From: Thermodesulfobacteriota bacterium
GTDB taxonomy: Bacteria; Desulfobacterota; WTBG01; CAIYCZ01; CAIRTM01
Assembly: GCA_028278025.1 (NCBI GenBank)
Contig: JANQFE010000054.1
Coordinates: 4,160-68,159, forward strand
Length of the DNA: 64,000 bases
Direction: 5' to 3'
Numbering within the stretch: the stretch's first letter is position 1; the number at the start of each line of letters is the position of its first letter. A program made the position numbers and the translations under genes. Below are positions 48,630 to 58,362 of the stretch, piece by piece. Below the pieces are notes generated by a model. It ran no database searches. It saw only the letters and a list, made by a program, of their open reading frames with translations, and was not told the DNA's origin.

Positions 48630-49247
48630 TTACTTCTGAATAAATTCTCTAATTAAGCTCTTAAGGGCCCTTAGCGCGTCACCAGCAGTATAGTCGATAG
48701 CTCTATTCTGATACTGACCGTAGTACAGCCCGTCCAAAACGGCCCGGATGCTTCCCCCCAGAATGGCTCTCAGGAGGCTAGGTTTGTATATCGAATTAAA
48801 TAGACCGGCTTTTTGACCAGCGAGAATGACGCCATCAATGGTTTGCATCAAAGTGGCGTTCTCGTTGTAGATTTTACGGCGCTTGCCAAGTAGTTTTTTG
48901 TTCTTAACCACTGAAATCTGGGGCCAGGCTTCACTGAGCACTTTCATTACGGGCAGTTTATCGTCTTGATTACAAAGGGATAAGAAATTGTCCACAATAC
49001 CCAACAAGGCCTCCACCGGATTAAGTGTTTTTTTGATCACCTCCTGGCTGCTTTGGTTCAACTTTTGGAAAAACCCCAGCACGATGGAGAGAATGATGTC
49101 ATCTTTGTTGAGAAAATAGGAGTATATCAGTCCGGTTGAAAAGCCCGAAGCTTTCACAATGCCGGTGATGGTGGCATTGTGATAACCGTTCTCGGCGAAT
49201 ACCCGGGTTGCGGCGATGAGTACTTTCTGTTTTTTTTCTTTATTCAT
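48630..49247 (-). CDS. TetR/AcrR-family transcriptional regulator
   Basis: The N-terminal HTH (AATRVFAENGYHNATITGIVKASGFSTGLIYSYF) is the classic TetR_N domain. It is flanked by palindromic operators. Confidence 0.85.
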   Translation of the reverse strand: MNKEKKQKVLIAATRVFAENGYHNATITGIVKASGFSTGLIYSYFLNKDDIILSIVLGFFQKLNQSSQEVIKKTLNPVEALLGIVDNFLSLCNQDDKLPVMKVLSEAWPQISVVKNKKLLGKRRKIYNENATLMQTIDGVILAGQKAGLFNSIYKPSLLRAILGGSIRAVLDGLYYGQYQNRAIDYTAGDALRALKSLIREFIQK

Positions 49248-49257
49248 GACCAATATA

Positions 49258-49275
49258 GAATTAGAATTCTAATTC
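49258..49275. promoter_or_regulatory. Second copy of the palindrome GAATTAGAATTCTAATTC, about 11 nt upstream of the tetR ATG (putative autoregulatory operator)
   Basis: Identical 18-bp core to 48565..48582, located over the RBS/promoter of tetR. Confidence 0.55.
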
Positions 49276-49537
49276 CAATATAGCATGGCATTTGATCATG
49301 TCAAGTTTTTTATCGCAGAGGTAAAATTCAATACAAGCTACTAATTACTTGGTAACATATAAAGAGTATCAACATTGTAATTTACTATGGCTGAAACCCC
49401 GTTGTACATGTCTGGGCAGGACCGACAATATCAAGTATATCTTCTTCCGTATAGGTGATCACTGTTGGGGTTTCATATTCTTTAATTTGTTTCTTCCATG
49501 CTGTAAATCCTCCAATTATATCGCTATGTTATTTTCC

Positions 49538-52108
49538 TTATTTCACCCTAATGGTAGAGGAAACAGGTCCATGCAAAGTTGAGACTCCATTAACATCCAC
49601 ATCCTCCAGTTTATACCAGCACGCTTGCCGCATCTGTACATCCCTATCGACGAACTCATAATCTGCTCCCTGTGTAGCAGAGCCCTGGGCTGGGATAAGA
49701 CTATCATTTATCTTTATATACTCCCCGTCCTCTGTAACGGAACGGTACAGGTTGAACCCGGCATTGTCAACCTCGCTGGAGGTGGCCCATTTTATAATAG
49801 CGGTGCGAGCAACCTTACGGGCTTCAAATGATTCAAGGGTTATAAGCGTGGGGGTATCCACCGCCAAGACAAAAATACCAAGTGTTTGCACATCAAAAGA
49901 AACCGTGCTGGCAACATCGTCTACAACCAGGCCGTCACCAGCCGGCACCGGGTAGACCCTGTCCCAACCATGTGTCAAATCGTTGAAGATATACGGACGT
50001 ATCTCAGCCGGGTCAGCTACCTGTGCAGGATTATACGGCAGCGTGATCCGGGCCGGTTTGTTGAACAGGGTCCGGTAAGGTCCGAAGTAGACCTGCGGGC
50101 CGACCATAGCAGCACCGCTCATATCCGGCAGAGCCGCCCCCGGTTCAACCTCCGCCTGCTCGCCGATATAGGCCGTAAAGTCAAACCAGGCCCCGATCTT
50201 GGGATCCTCGGGGTCATTGATGGTTTCGTAAATAATACCATGCTCATCAGTTGGGTAATATCCTTCCGGTAAATCAGGGTCGGGATCTGCCGGAACCACG
50301 ATTTTAGCCCCTGTCCGGGGGCCACTGGTCACTGCGGCTGATCCTCCGGTAAGCATGCTGACCGGTCCCTGGGCATCAACCGTTATGTTAAGGTCAGGAA
50401 AAATTCCGAAACGTTCGACCCCACCCCGAATTCGCTGAGCATAGCCGTGAATAAACTCGGTTGCGACATCGTCAAAAGTCTGGGTAAAAAGAATATGTAT
50501 GTCATCAGGATCCGAGCAGGCATATCCTGCAGGGCTTATTTCGGTAAAAGTGTTGTCGCCGGGCACAGGACTTTCACACCAGTCGAGCCAGAACTTGTCA
50601 TTTTCAAGGTCCTCGTACGGGTTGAATGGAAGCTCGTTGACATCCCGCATGGCATGCCCGTTATCAATGCTGTCGTAATACCAGTGCGAAAGCAGAATAA
50701 CCGCTTCTTTCCTGCCATCCTGTTTCATGAGATCAATAGTCTCACGGACATTCTTGAACGTGCTCTCATTATCCCCGGGTATTGTGTAATACTCCGGCTG
50801 AAACATACCGTAGATGTAGTAATTGTCCAGCCTGTCATCGCCGGTTGTGCCGGCCCGGTTGTAAATCAGGTTGTAGGTATCACCCAGTACATCCTCGGCA
50901 TAGCGCTTGAAGTTCAGATAATTATAATATGCATTTTCCATATATACATCGCTCACCCACGGGTGTGGAACACCAAAGGGGGTATTTGGGTTAGAGCTTG
51001 TGCCGGGCCATGGATTACCGTAAGTCACATACCCAAGGGCCACGGGATCTGCCCCCGGATCGAGCCTTTCAAGATGAGGGATCAGGTTTGCCAGTACCAT
51101 GGTGTTGTACTCAGGTGTCCTGCCCACCTGCTTGACCTGTTTTATATCAACCTCGGTGTCATAGCCGCTGAGGCATAGTTCCCGGTCCACATAGTAGCGG
51201 GTCATAAACATGTTGGCGTAATTGTTGTTGTCGGTGGTCTCCCGGGTCAGCACCATCTTGGTCAGGCCGTCCTGGGCCATCTGCAGGGCCACGTCTTCAT
51301 GGCGTTCGGTCAAACCCTCTGTTTCCTCGTACATACCAAAGCGTATATCAACCGTATCGCCGAAAAACGTGTCAAAATAGTGGGTTAAATCCTCTTCGAT
51401 CTGCAGTGTAAAAGGATGTATACGCGGGCCGTCAGCATACTCCGGGATAGCCATCATTCTTACCACTCGCCACCAGTAGGCCAGATCAAGTTCTACCGCA
51501 TCGTGCACACCATTGGCAAATCCCTGGTAGTGAATCTTACCGGTTGCGGGGTGTAGGTAGGGCGCTCCTATGATGTAGAACCCTTCAAGGTGGTCTGTTC
51601 CATTACGCGTATCAGGTGTAAAAATTGCCCTGCCGCGGCCGAACTCAATATTGCGTGCGGGCTCATAAATGACAGGTGCAATGATACTGCTTTTCAATAC
51701 GGTATTGCTCGGCTCAAGCACATTGACGAAAGTTTCGTTGTCCTCGCTCAGCCAGTAAAGCCCGTAGGCATCATAGGCTGATTCATAAAAAGTACCGACC
51801 ATTTTAAAACAGATCATATAGGGCATCACACCAATTTGCTGGCGCAGCGGATAAGTCCCCACATAGTTTTCAGTACAGGGTTCGGTTTCTGAAGATGCAT
51901 TGTCTCCTATTCTGGAACGGTGCCCGATCTTGCTGTAATAGTTGAAATCCATGCCATCCGGTGTGCCCCAGTCCGTTACCAGGATGCCGACTTTATCCTC
52001 AACAGGGGTCTGTGCCAGGGCAAGACCGGCTATAGCTATAGTGATTGTCAATACAACTGCTCCCACAACACTCAGTACAACTTTCAGATTAAAGTGTTTT
52101 TTCTGCAT
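49538..52108 (-). CDS. Large secreted protein (856 aa), paralogous family member C, with C-terminal beta-sandwich (FN3/Ig-like) domain
   Basis: Signal peptide, KVGILVTDWGTPDGM and EAVILLSHWYYD elements, and a C-terminal approximately 100 aa with a …W.T.SE.DN.GFNLYR…YKLEDVD.NG.STLHGPV pattern. Confidence 0.6.
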   Translation of the reverse strand: MQKKHFNLKVVLSVVGAVVLTITIAIAGLALAQTPVEDKVGILVTDWGTPDGMDFNYYSKIGHRSRIGDNASSETEPCTENYVGTYPLRQQIGVMPYMICFKMVGTFYESAYDAYGLYWLSEDNETFVNVLEPSNTVLKSSIIAPVIYEPARNIEFGRGRAIFTPDTRNGTDHLEGFYIIGAPYLHPATGKIHYQGFANGVHDAVELDLAYWWRVVRMMAIPEYADGPRIHPFTLQIEEDLTHYFDTFFGDTVDIRFGMYEETEGLTERHEDVALQMAQDGLTKMVLTRETTDNNNYANMFMTRYYVDRELCLSGYDTEVDIKQVKQVGRTPEYNTMVLANLIPHLERLDPGADPVALGYVTYGNPWPGTSSNPNTPFGVPHPWVSDVYMENAYYNYLNFKRYAEDVLGDTYNLIYNRAGTTGDDRLDNYYIYGMFQPEYYTIPGDNESTFKNVRETIDLMKQDGRKEAVILLSHWYYDSIDNGHAMRDVNELPFNPYEDLENDKFWLDWCESPVPGDNTFTEISPAGYACSDPDDIHILFTQTFDDVATEFIHGYAQRIRGGVERFGIFPDLNITVDAQGPVSMLTGGSAAVTSGPRTGAKIVVPADPDPDLPEGYYPTDEHGIIYETINDPEDPKIGAWFDFTAYIGEQAEVEPGAALPDMSGAAMVGPQVYFGPYRTLFNKPARITLPYNPAQVADPAEIRPYIFNDLTHGWDRVYPVPAGDGLVVDDVASTVSFDVQTLGIFVLAVDTPTLITLESFEARKVARTAIIKWATSSEVDNAGFNLYRSVTEDGEYIKINDSLIPAQGSATQGADYEFVDRDVQMRQACWYKLEDVDVNGVSTLHGPVSSTIRVK

Positions 52109-52407
52109 GGTAACCTCCCTGCTTAAAGGTTAATAAAGTTTAAAATAATAAATATAGAAATAATCAAAGGTACTTGTCTGGATGCCCAGCATTGGCTGGG
52201 GTATTTAAGTAGAAGATAATTACATGTTATGTGCCGAAAAGATGAAAAATCGAAAAATATTTTTTATAGTTTTTTCAAATATTTATGCAAATCATACACA
52301 AAAAGGATAAACATAGACTAAGGCATTATGCCTAAGTACAGGACGGCTGTTTACTCGAGCAGAACTAATTTTGTAAGTTAATTAAAATAGTTATAGAATG
52401 GGCGGCA

Positions 52408-53826
52408 TTATGCCGTAGTATACGGCGTTTTGCCGTCTTCTGTGGTAAGTTTTTTCAACTTGCGCTGGAGGGTACGCAGATCAATTCCCAAAATCACGGC
52501 AGCCCTGGTGCGGTTGCCGTCGGTAAAATCAAGTACCCGCTTTATATGCATTTTTTCCATCTTTGCCAGGGAAATAAGCCCCCCGTCATCTGTGTGCCCG
52601 GTTACCTTTTCAGAAAAGACATTCAGACCATAAACAGAAGCCTGTGACAGGATGCTACCAGGTTCTAAAATGACTGCTTTAGCCATTACACTTTCGAGTT
52701 CCCTGACATTGCCGGGCCAGTAATACCTGAGCATAACCTCTTCAAGATCAGCAGCGAGGCTGGTGATCTTTTTTTTGTTACGAGAGGCGTGCACTTGCAG
52801 AAAGTGGCGAGCCAGTGGAAGGATGTCCTTGGGACGCATCCTGAGTGGAGGAATATGGATTGCAAACATGTTGAGCCGGTAAAACAAATCCTCTCGAAAT
52901 GCCTTCTTCTGGATTTCTTCAGAAATGTCCCGGTTGGTTGCCGCAATAATGCGGACATCCGCTTTTTGAGGCCGGGCACTGCCCAGACGGTAGAATTCAC
53001 CTTCCTGGAGCACCCGCAAGAGCTTGGCCTGCAAATTCGTATCCAGTTCGGTTACTTCATCCAGAAACAGGGTGCCGGTGTGGGCTGCTTCAAAAAAACC
53101 CTGCTTATCACTGAGGGCTCCGGTAAAAGCACCTTTTACATGTCCGAAAAATTCGTCCTCAAAGAGCTGGTGGTTGAACGCAGCCATATTAACCGGAACA
53201 AAAGGACCGTCGGCACGTGTGCTCAGGGAGTGTATAGTCCGTGCCAGCAATTCCTTACCCGTACCGGACTCACCGGTTATAATCAAGCTGTAATCGGTTG
53301 GCGCAATGGCTTCGGCCTGGTTGAAAATACGGGCCATGGTCTCATCCGCCGCTACCATATCTGCAAAAGCATCGGGGTGCTCCAGGCTGGCAAACGAAGG
53401 CTTGCTCTTAAAAAAAGCGAGTTCTCTACGCATGGCATAACGTTCCAGGGCATTCTTAATAACCACTACCAGTTTTTTCCGATCTACAGGCTTGACAAGG
53501 TAATCATAGGCACCCAGTTTTATGGCCTGGACCGCTGTGGAAACGTCATCAATGGCAGTTATAATGAGGCATTCGGTTTCCGGGGCAATTTCTTTAATCT
53601 GCTGCAGCAGTTCGATCCCGCCTATATGGGGCATGATAAGATCAAGGAGAACCAGAGAAAAATGTTGTTCCCCGATAACATCCATCACCTGCCGGCTGTC
53701 TGACAGAAGGGTAGGTTCAGGCATTCCGGCACTGATCAGAGCCGCTTCCATGCTGGAAAGCAGTCCCTTATCATCATCCACAATGAGGATCGGCGTTTTC
53801 TCAAACGGCAGCAATTCCATATACAC
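52408..53826 (-). CDS. Sigma54-dependent response regulator (NtrC family: REC-AAA+-Fis HTH)
   Basis: REC domain, Walker A GESGTGKE, an intact GAFTGA loop, an arginine finger region and a C-terminal Fis HTH. Confidence 0.85.
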   Translation of the reverse strand: MYMELLPFEKTPILIVDDDKGLLSSMEAALISAGMPEPTLLSDSRQVMDVIGEQHFSLVLLDLIMPHIGGIELLQQIKEIAPETECLIITAIDDVSTAVQAIKLGAYDYLVKPVDRKKLVVVIKNALERYAMRRELAFFKSKPSFASLEHPDAFADMVAADETMARIFNQAEAIAPTDYSLIITGESGTGKELLARTIHSLSTRADGPFVPVNMAAFNHQLFEDEFFGHVKGAFTGALSDKQGFFEAAHTGTLFLDEVTELDTNLQAKLLRVLQEGEFYRLGSARPQKADVRIIAATNRDISEEIQKKAFREDLFYRLNMFAIHIPPLRMRPKDILPLARHFLQVHASRNKKKITSLAADLEEVMLRYYWPGNVRELESVMAKAVILEPGSILSQASVYGLNVFSEKVTGHTDDGGLISLAKMEKMHIKRVLDFTDGNRTRAAVILGIDLRTLQRKLKKLTTEDGKTPYTTA

Positions 53827-53873
53827 TATTCCTCACATTGAGCAGCCGCTACCACGTGATTCCCTGCGGGCGA

Positions 53874-55619
53874 CTATGTCACTATTGGAAACGATACAAC
53901 AAACGTAGTCCCTTTATCAAGCGTACTCTCAAAGGTAATGGTTCCGTCATGGTCCTGTACAAGGTTATAGGTAATGGAAAGCCCCAGGCCGGTACCGCCC
54001 CGCTCCTGCTTGTCGGTAAAAAAGGGATCAAAAATATTTTCAGCAACCTTCGGATCAATACCGCATCCATTATCGTTAACCGTCACGAACACTTCACGGG
54101 TCTTCTCCCGGAAGCCGCTCTTGATCGTGACCAGGCCATGCTCATGCTCCACCGCCTCAATCGCATTGATGAGCAGGTTCAGGATTACCTGCTCAATCTG
54201 CTGCGGCATGCCCTGCATCAAGGGTGCCTTATCGACAAGCTGGAGATCCAAATCCACCCCTGCTTTCCTGAGGGCTGTTTGCGACAAGGTTACCGCATTT
54301 TTTACAGCTTCATTAATATCCATATGCCGTTTGTCTTCATAGCTTGAGTGGCGGCTGAAACTCTTTAAGCTTTCAACAATTTTTGCAATCCGGCTGGCGG
54401 CAATTCCCATATCATCCAGCAGGGTGTCCAGCTTGCGCTCCACATAGCCATAGGGGAGACCACCAAACTTTTTCTGCGGGTCACTGCATCCCGCTGCTTC
54501 AAGCACCGGCTTGGCATCCCGCCACACATCCTGCACCAGAGGCAGATTGATCATGATCAGGTTGACGGGGTTGTTAATCTCATGCGCAATGCCGGCCACA
54601 AGGGTTCCCAGCGAGGCCATCTTAGCAGCCTGAATCAACTGTTCCTGCTGCCTCTGTGCTTTTGCCTCCATCTGTTTGCGTTTTGTTATATCACGGACCG
54701 AGCAAACGCTGCCGATCAGTTGGTGTTTGTTATCCTGCAGGGTCGTTATATTAAGCTCCACCGGATAGGTAGTGCCGTCTTTTTTTACCTGTTTCGATTC
54801 GAAACCTTTTACAATCCCCTCTGTGAAGAGCTGTTCAACCAGGGGGTGTCCTGTACCTGGTTTTAAAGCCGTTGGCGCTAATTCGGTCACATGCTTTCCG
54901 ATAAGCTCCGGTTCGGTATAGCCTGTCATCTTATAAAAGGTACGGTTGGCCATCACCAGAAGGCCCTGAGCATCTGTGACAAAAATACCGTCACCGGTGG
55001 TCTCAAAAACATTCTCAATAAATTCCTTGGATTCCCGCAGCTCTGCCTCACCTGTTAAAAGCTGTTGATTGGCCTCCTGGAGTTCGACAGTTCTGGTCTT
55101 GACCAGTTCATCCAAATGGTCACGATGCAGCATCAACTCGTGCTCGGCCCGTTTTCTTTCTTTTACCTCAGCATTTAAGTCCCGGTTGACAAACCGCAGC
55201 TGCAGACTGACGTCACGCAGACGGCCCACCATAGCCCCGATAAACGTGACTGCCGTGGTGCCGATGATAATCGTACCCCAGGAAAAGCCCTGGTGAAGAA
55301 CGTGTTCACCCAGCATGAGATACATGAGGATATTGACCGGTGCTGCCAAAATGCCCGCACAAAAGCCCCGCCCGAACCCGTACAGCCATGCAATCACAAT
55401 CACCGGTATGACGGCAATAATAGAGCTGCCGAACCCTGCCAGACGATACAGTACGACAAAACCCAACACATAAAAAGCAACTGCACCAAGGGCAAAAAAG
55501 AGATAACTTTGGGGAGTTTCGTATAGCGCGGTGGTTTCGACTATCATTTCGTTATCTCTTGCAGGCTGGGGCATCTTCGGCACCTCGTCATTTAAACATT
55601 CGAATTGTATCCATGACAC
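53874..55619 (-). CDS. Sensor histidine kinase (multi-TM N-terminus, PAS, HisKA, HATPase)
   Basis: Five or six hydrophobic helices, a PAS domain, the H-box AHEINNPVN and G-boxes. It is the cognate partner of the upstream-transcribed NtrC-family regulator. Confidence 0.8.
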   Translation of the reverse strand: MSWIQFECLNDEVPKMPQPARDNEMIVETTALYETPQSYLFFALGAVAFYVLGFVVLYRLAGFGSSIIAVIPVIVIAWLYGFGRGFCAGILAAPVNILMYLMLGEHVLHQGFSWGTIIIGTTAVTFIGAMVGRLRDVSLQLRFVNRDLNAEVKERKRAEHELMLHRDHLDELVKTRTVELQEANQQLLTGEAELRESKEFIENVFETTGDGIFVTDAQGLLVMANRTFYKMTGYTEPELIGKHVTELAPTALKPGTGHPLVEQLFTEGIVKGFESKQVKKDGTTYPVELNITTLQDNKHQLIGSVCSVRDITKRKQMEAKAQRQQEQLIQAAKMASLGTLVAGIAHEINNPVNLIMINLPLVQDVWRDAKPVLEAAGCSDPQKKFGGLPYGYVERKLDTLLDDMGIAASRIAKIVESLKSFSRHSSYEDKRHMDINEAVKNAVTLSQTALRKAGVDLDLQLVDKAPLMQGMPQQIEQVILNLLINAIEAVEHEHGLVTIKSGFREKTREVFVTVNDNGCGIDPKVAENIFDPFFTDKQERGGTGLGLSITYNLVQDHDGTITFESTLDKGTTFVVSFPIVT

Positions 55620-55678
55620 AAATCAGAAAAAAATACATGAAAACAAGGTGAGTCTTGGAGGGGCAATAATGAGTATTA

Positions 55679-56800
55679 TTATTTAATCGAACGTACCGTT
55701 GTAATAATAAATTCGGCATATTTTTTATGGCCGGAATTGTTAAAATGCCCGTCCGGGGGATCGACATAGTCTTGATCAGTAAAAGAATCCGGCGAAGGGT
55801 GATAAAATGAAAACCCTCTGAAATTATACTTATTATATTCGATACTATTGTTCTTATCTCTCAGCTCAGGATGAGGCGGGATTAAAAAAAACATACAGCG
55901 CGCCCCGTGTTGTTCAGACACACGCTTGATTCTGCTAAAGCATTCCCGCACATTAGACAGAGCTTTTTTTCTCCTGGGATCTTGTATTGTATGGTGATCC
56001 TTCGCAACCGATTTTACAGTACGAACATAGCGATAGATATTTCTAGTTTTCTCTTTGGCTGCCGACAAGCCGGCCCAGCAATATGAACCGACAACCGACT
56101 TCAAAAAAACACTTCGCATGACTCTGTGGAACAAACCCTCTGTTTCTTCAATAAAAGCTAAATTTGTTTTAGGCAGGTAATAATCATATGTTTGCTGCGG
56201 AGACATGTAATTGCCCTTGTGATCAAAAGCATACAACCAGCCTGCATTGGTAATGTGAAACAGATTTTTATTGGGCAGCATGGGTTGAGCCTCTAAAATA
56301 TCATTCCCTCTGAAAAACATCGTCGCCACTATATCCGGTTTAAGGGTGGGTACATACTTTTCGGCTAAATATGCATACTGATTGGGATGTCCGCATGGAA
56401 TGCCGGTATTGAACGTCAGAAAATCATTTCTGGTGACAATGTCAACAAAGCTGTTTGTTAACGGTTGTGCCTCTCCCCCCCAGGTATATGAATCTCCCAG
56501 AAAAAGTATTTTTGTCTTTTCGGTTTCATAGTGCTTAAACTCAATACTGCGAAATCCATCAGAGTTTATTGAGCACTCTTGAGGCCATGGGTGCTTGGGA
56601 TCAGCCTTAAACACTCCCTCATCATCGGTGTAAAAAAAACGATCAACTTCTAGCTGCTCTACATGCTTGTATCCCACATGATATCGGGAAATATATCCGG
56701 GAGCTTTGCCTGCAAAACGAAGAAGCAACTCTATAACAATCAGGCAGATTACAATAGAACAAACAACTAAACCAAAATTTAAAATAAATCCGCGTTTCAT
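55679..56800 (-). CDS. Membrane-anchored SGNH/GDSL-family hydrolase
   Basis: N-terminal TM helix, FLGDSYTWG (GDS block) and a distal DGHFN (DxxH). Confidence 0.6.
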   Translation of the reverse strand: MKRGFILNFGLVVCSIVICLIVIELLLRFAGKAPGYISRYHVGYKHVEQLEVDRFFYTDDEGVFKADPKHPWPQECSINSDGFRSIEFKHYETEKTKILFLGDSYTWGGEAQPLTNSFVDIVTRNDFLTFNTGIPCGHPNQYAYLAEKYVPTLKPDIVATMFFRGNDILEAQPMLPNKNLFHITNAGWLYAFDHKGNYMSPQQTYDYYLPKTNLAFIEETEGLFHRVMRSVFLKSVVGSYCWAGLSAAKEKTRNIYRYVRTVKSVAKDHHTIQDPRRKKALSNVRECFSRIKRVSEQHGARCMFFLIPPHPELRDKNNSIEYNKYNFRGFSFYHPSPDSFTDQDYVDPPDGHFNNSGHKKYAEFIITTVRSIK

Positions 56801-57151
56801 AATCTTATTCTGGGTAACCCTCTGTTTTTTTTAATTTAATTATAATTATCTTTCATGTCAAATCATTTTATTAAACATTGTAGTATAAAGATATCTGTAA
56901 TAAGCCGCACTTTCTAAAAACCGCTCATCATGAATTACATTATTGTAATTTGCCGCTCTAACAATTAACAATATTGTGATTTATTGACCGGTAAGGTTTT
57001 TGACTGATGTGGCGTGCCGGTACAAGTTGATTGATTTAGTGTAGTTTTTTCAATAGGTTGAATTACAAAACGGCTTTTAGCTGGCTTTAGGCATCTATAT
57101 TGCAAAATATTGTATTTAAAAAGGATAGGCGCTAAAAAGCAACCCAAAATT

Positions 57152-57589
57152 ATGATGTATGGGAAAACAGTCATGCAACCAAACATAACTATCTTTCATT
57201 GTATCAATACTTTCGCTGATGGCAATTTTTTGCCTGTCGGCGATAACGTTAATTGTGAACTCAACATGGTAAAATTGCCCTGCTCGGGAATGGTCAAGGA
57301 TGTATTCCTCCTGCGTGCTTTTGAATCAGGGGCTGATGCGGTTATCGTAATGGCCTGTCCCGAAGGGGAGTGCCGTCATGTTGAGGGAAATATTCGTGCT
57401 CAGAAACGGGTTGAGTGGACAAAAAAGATACTGGACGAAATCGGTCTTGATAGCAGGAGGCTAACGCTTGTCAACATCTCTCCGGGAGATGTGAATTCTG
57501 CCATAGACGCAATTCAACAAACAATTTCAAGCTTAGCGGATTTTATTCCCAATCCGCCTGCTACCGTCAGGGAGACAGCTGTTGCCTGA
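57152..57589 (+). CDS. mvhD: MvhD/FlpD-like hydrogenase-delta-subunit-domain Fe-S protein
   Basis: ITIFHCIN, LPCSGMV, GADAVIVMACPEGECRHVEGN and AQKR follow the MvhD (PF02662) pattern. The start is uncertain: TTG 57110, ATG 57152 or ATG 57173. Confidence 0.65.
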   Translation: MMYGKTVMQPNITIFHCINTFADGNFLPVGDNVNCELNMVKLPCSGMVKDVFLLRAFESGADAVIVMACPEGECRHVEGNIRAQKRVEWTKKILDEIGLDSRRLTLVNISPGDVNSAIDAIQQTISSLADFIPNPPATVRETAVA

Positions 57590-57693
57590 CATGTGCAGCG
57601 CTATCTGACAAGCTGAAATTACCGACAACCTGGTTTTTCACAAACTGATTCTCCGGCACATAACCGCTAATTTTAAACTCACAGGAGTTCTCC

Positions 57694-58362
57694 ATGATAG
57701 TTGGCGAACAAAAAACTATTGCAGAAATTAAGGAAATAATAGCACCCTACAGCAGAGTGCTTGTTCTGGGCTGCGGCACCTGTGTCAAAACATGCTTTGC
57801 TGGCGGCGAGGATGAAGTAGCAACCCTTACATCCGCCCTGCGCCTGGCGTATAACAAAGACGCTAAGCAGATTTCGCTTGAGGAGTTTACGGTAGAGCGC
57901 CAATGTGAAGACGAATTTATTCAGGAAGCATCCGCAGCCATCAGCCGTAATGACGCTGTGTTGTCTCTGGCCTGTGGGGCCGGTGTGCAGGCGATCGCTA
58001 AACGCTTTTATAAAGTTCCTGTTCTGCCCGGTGTTAATACAACCTTTATCGGAATGCTTGAAAAGCACGGCCTGTTTACCGAAGAATGCCTGGGCTGCGG
58101 CGACTGTAAGCTTGCCGTTTTCGGCGGAATTTGTCCGATTGCACGCTGCTCTAAAAAACTGCTCAACGGTCCCTGCGGCGGCTCACAAAACGGAACCTGT
58201 GAAGTCGATCCCGAAACCGAATGCGCCTGGCAGATAATTATTGAACGGCTAACAAGCCTTAAGCAACTTGATAACTTGAAAAAATACATTGCTCCCAAAG
58301 ACTGGCGTTCCAGCAACGCCGGCGGACCACGGAAATTAGTCAGAGAGGATCATATCATATGA
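57694..58362 (+). CDS. metV: MetV-like zinc-ribbon/Fe-S subunit of acetogen-type methylene-THF reductase (MTHFR C-terminal-like domain)
   Basis: CSKKLLNGPCGGSQNGTCEV is the hallmark motif of MetV/MTHFR_C proteins. Cys clusters are present. The 3' end overlaps metF by 4 nt (ATGA). Confidence 0.7.
   Translation: MIVGEQKTIAEIKEIIAPYSRVLVLGCGTCVKTCFAGGEDEVATLTSALRLAYNKDAKQISLEEFTVERQCEDEFIQEASAAISRNDAVLSLACGAGVQAIAKRFYKVPVLPGVNTTFIGMLEKHGLFTEECLGCGDCKLAVFGGICPIARCSKKLLNGPCGGSQNGTCEVDPETECAWQIIIERLTSLKQLDNLKKYIAPKDWRSSNAGGPRKLVREDHII

Noticed and set aside
50447-51178. 243-aa plus-strand ORF
   Set aside because: Antisense within the 856-aa secreted-protein gene.
52789-53703. 304-aa plus-strand ORF
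   Set aside because: Entirely antisense to the well-supported sigma54 response-regulator gene (52408..53826). It is typical of spurious long antisense ORFs in GC-balanced coding sequence.
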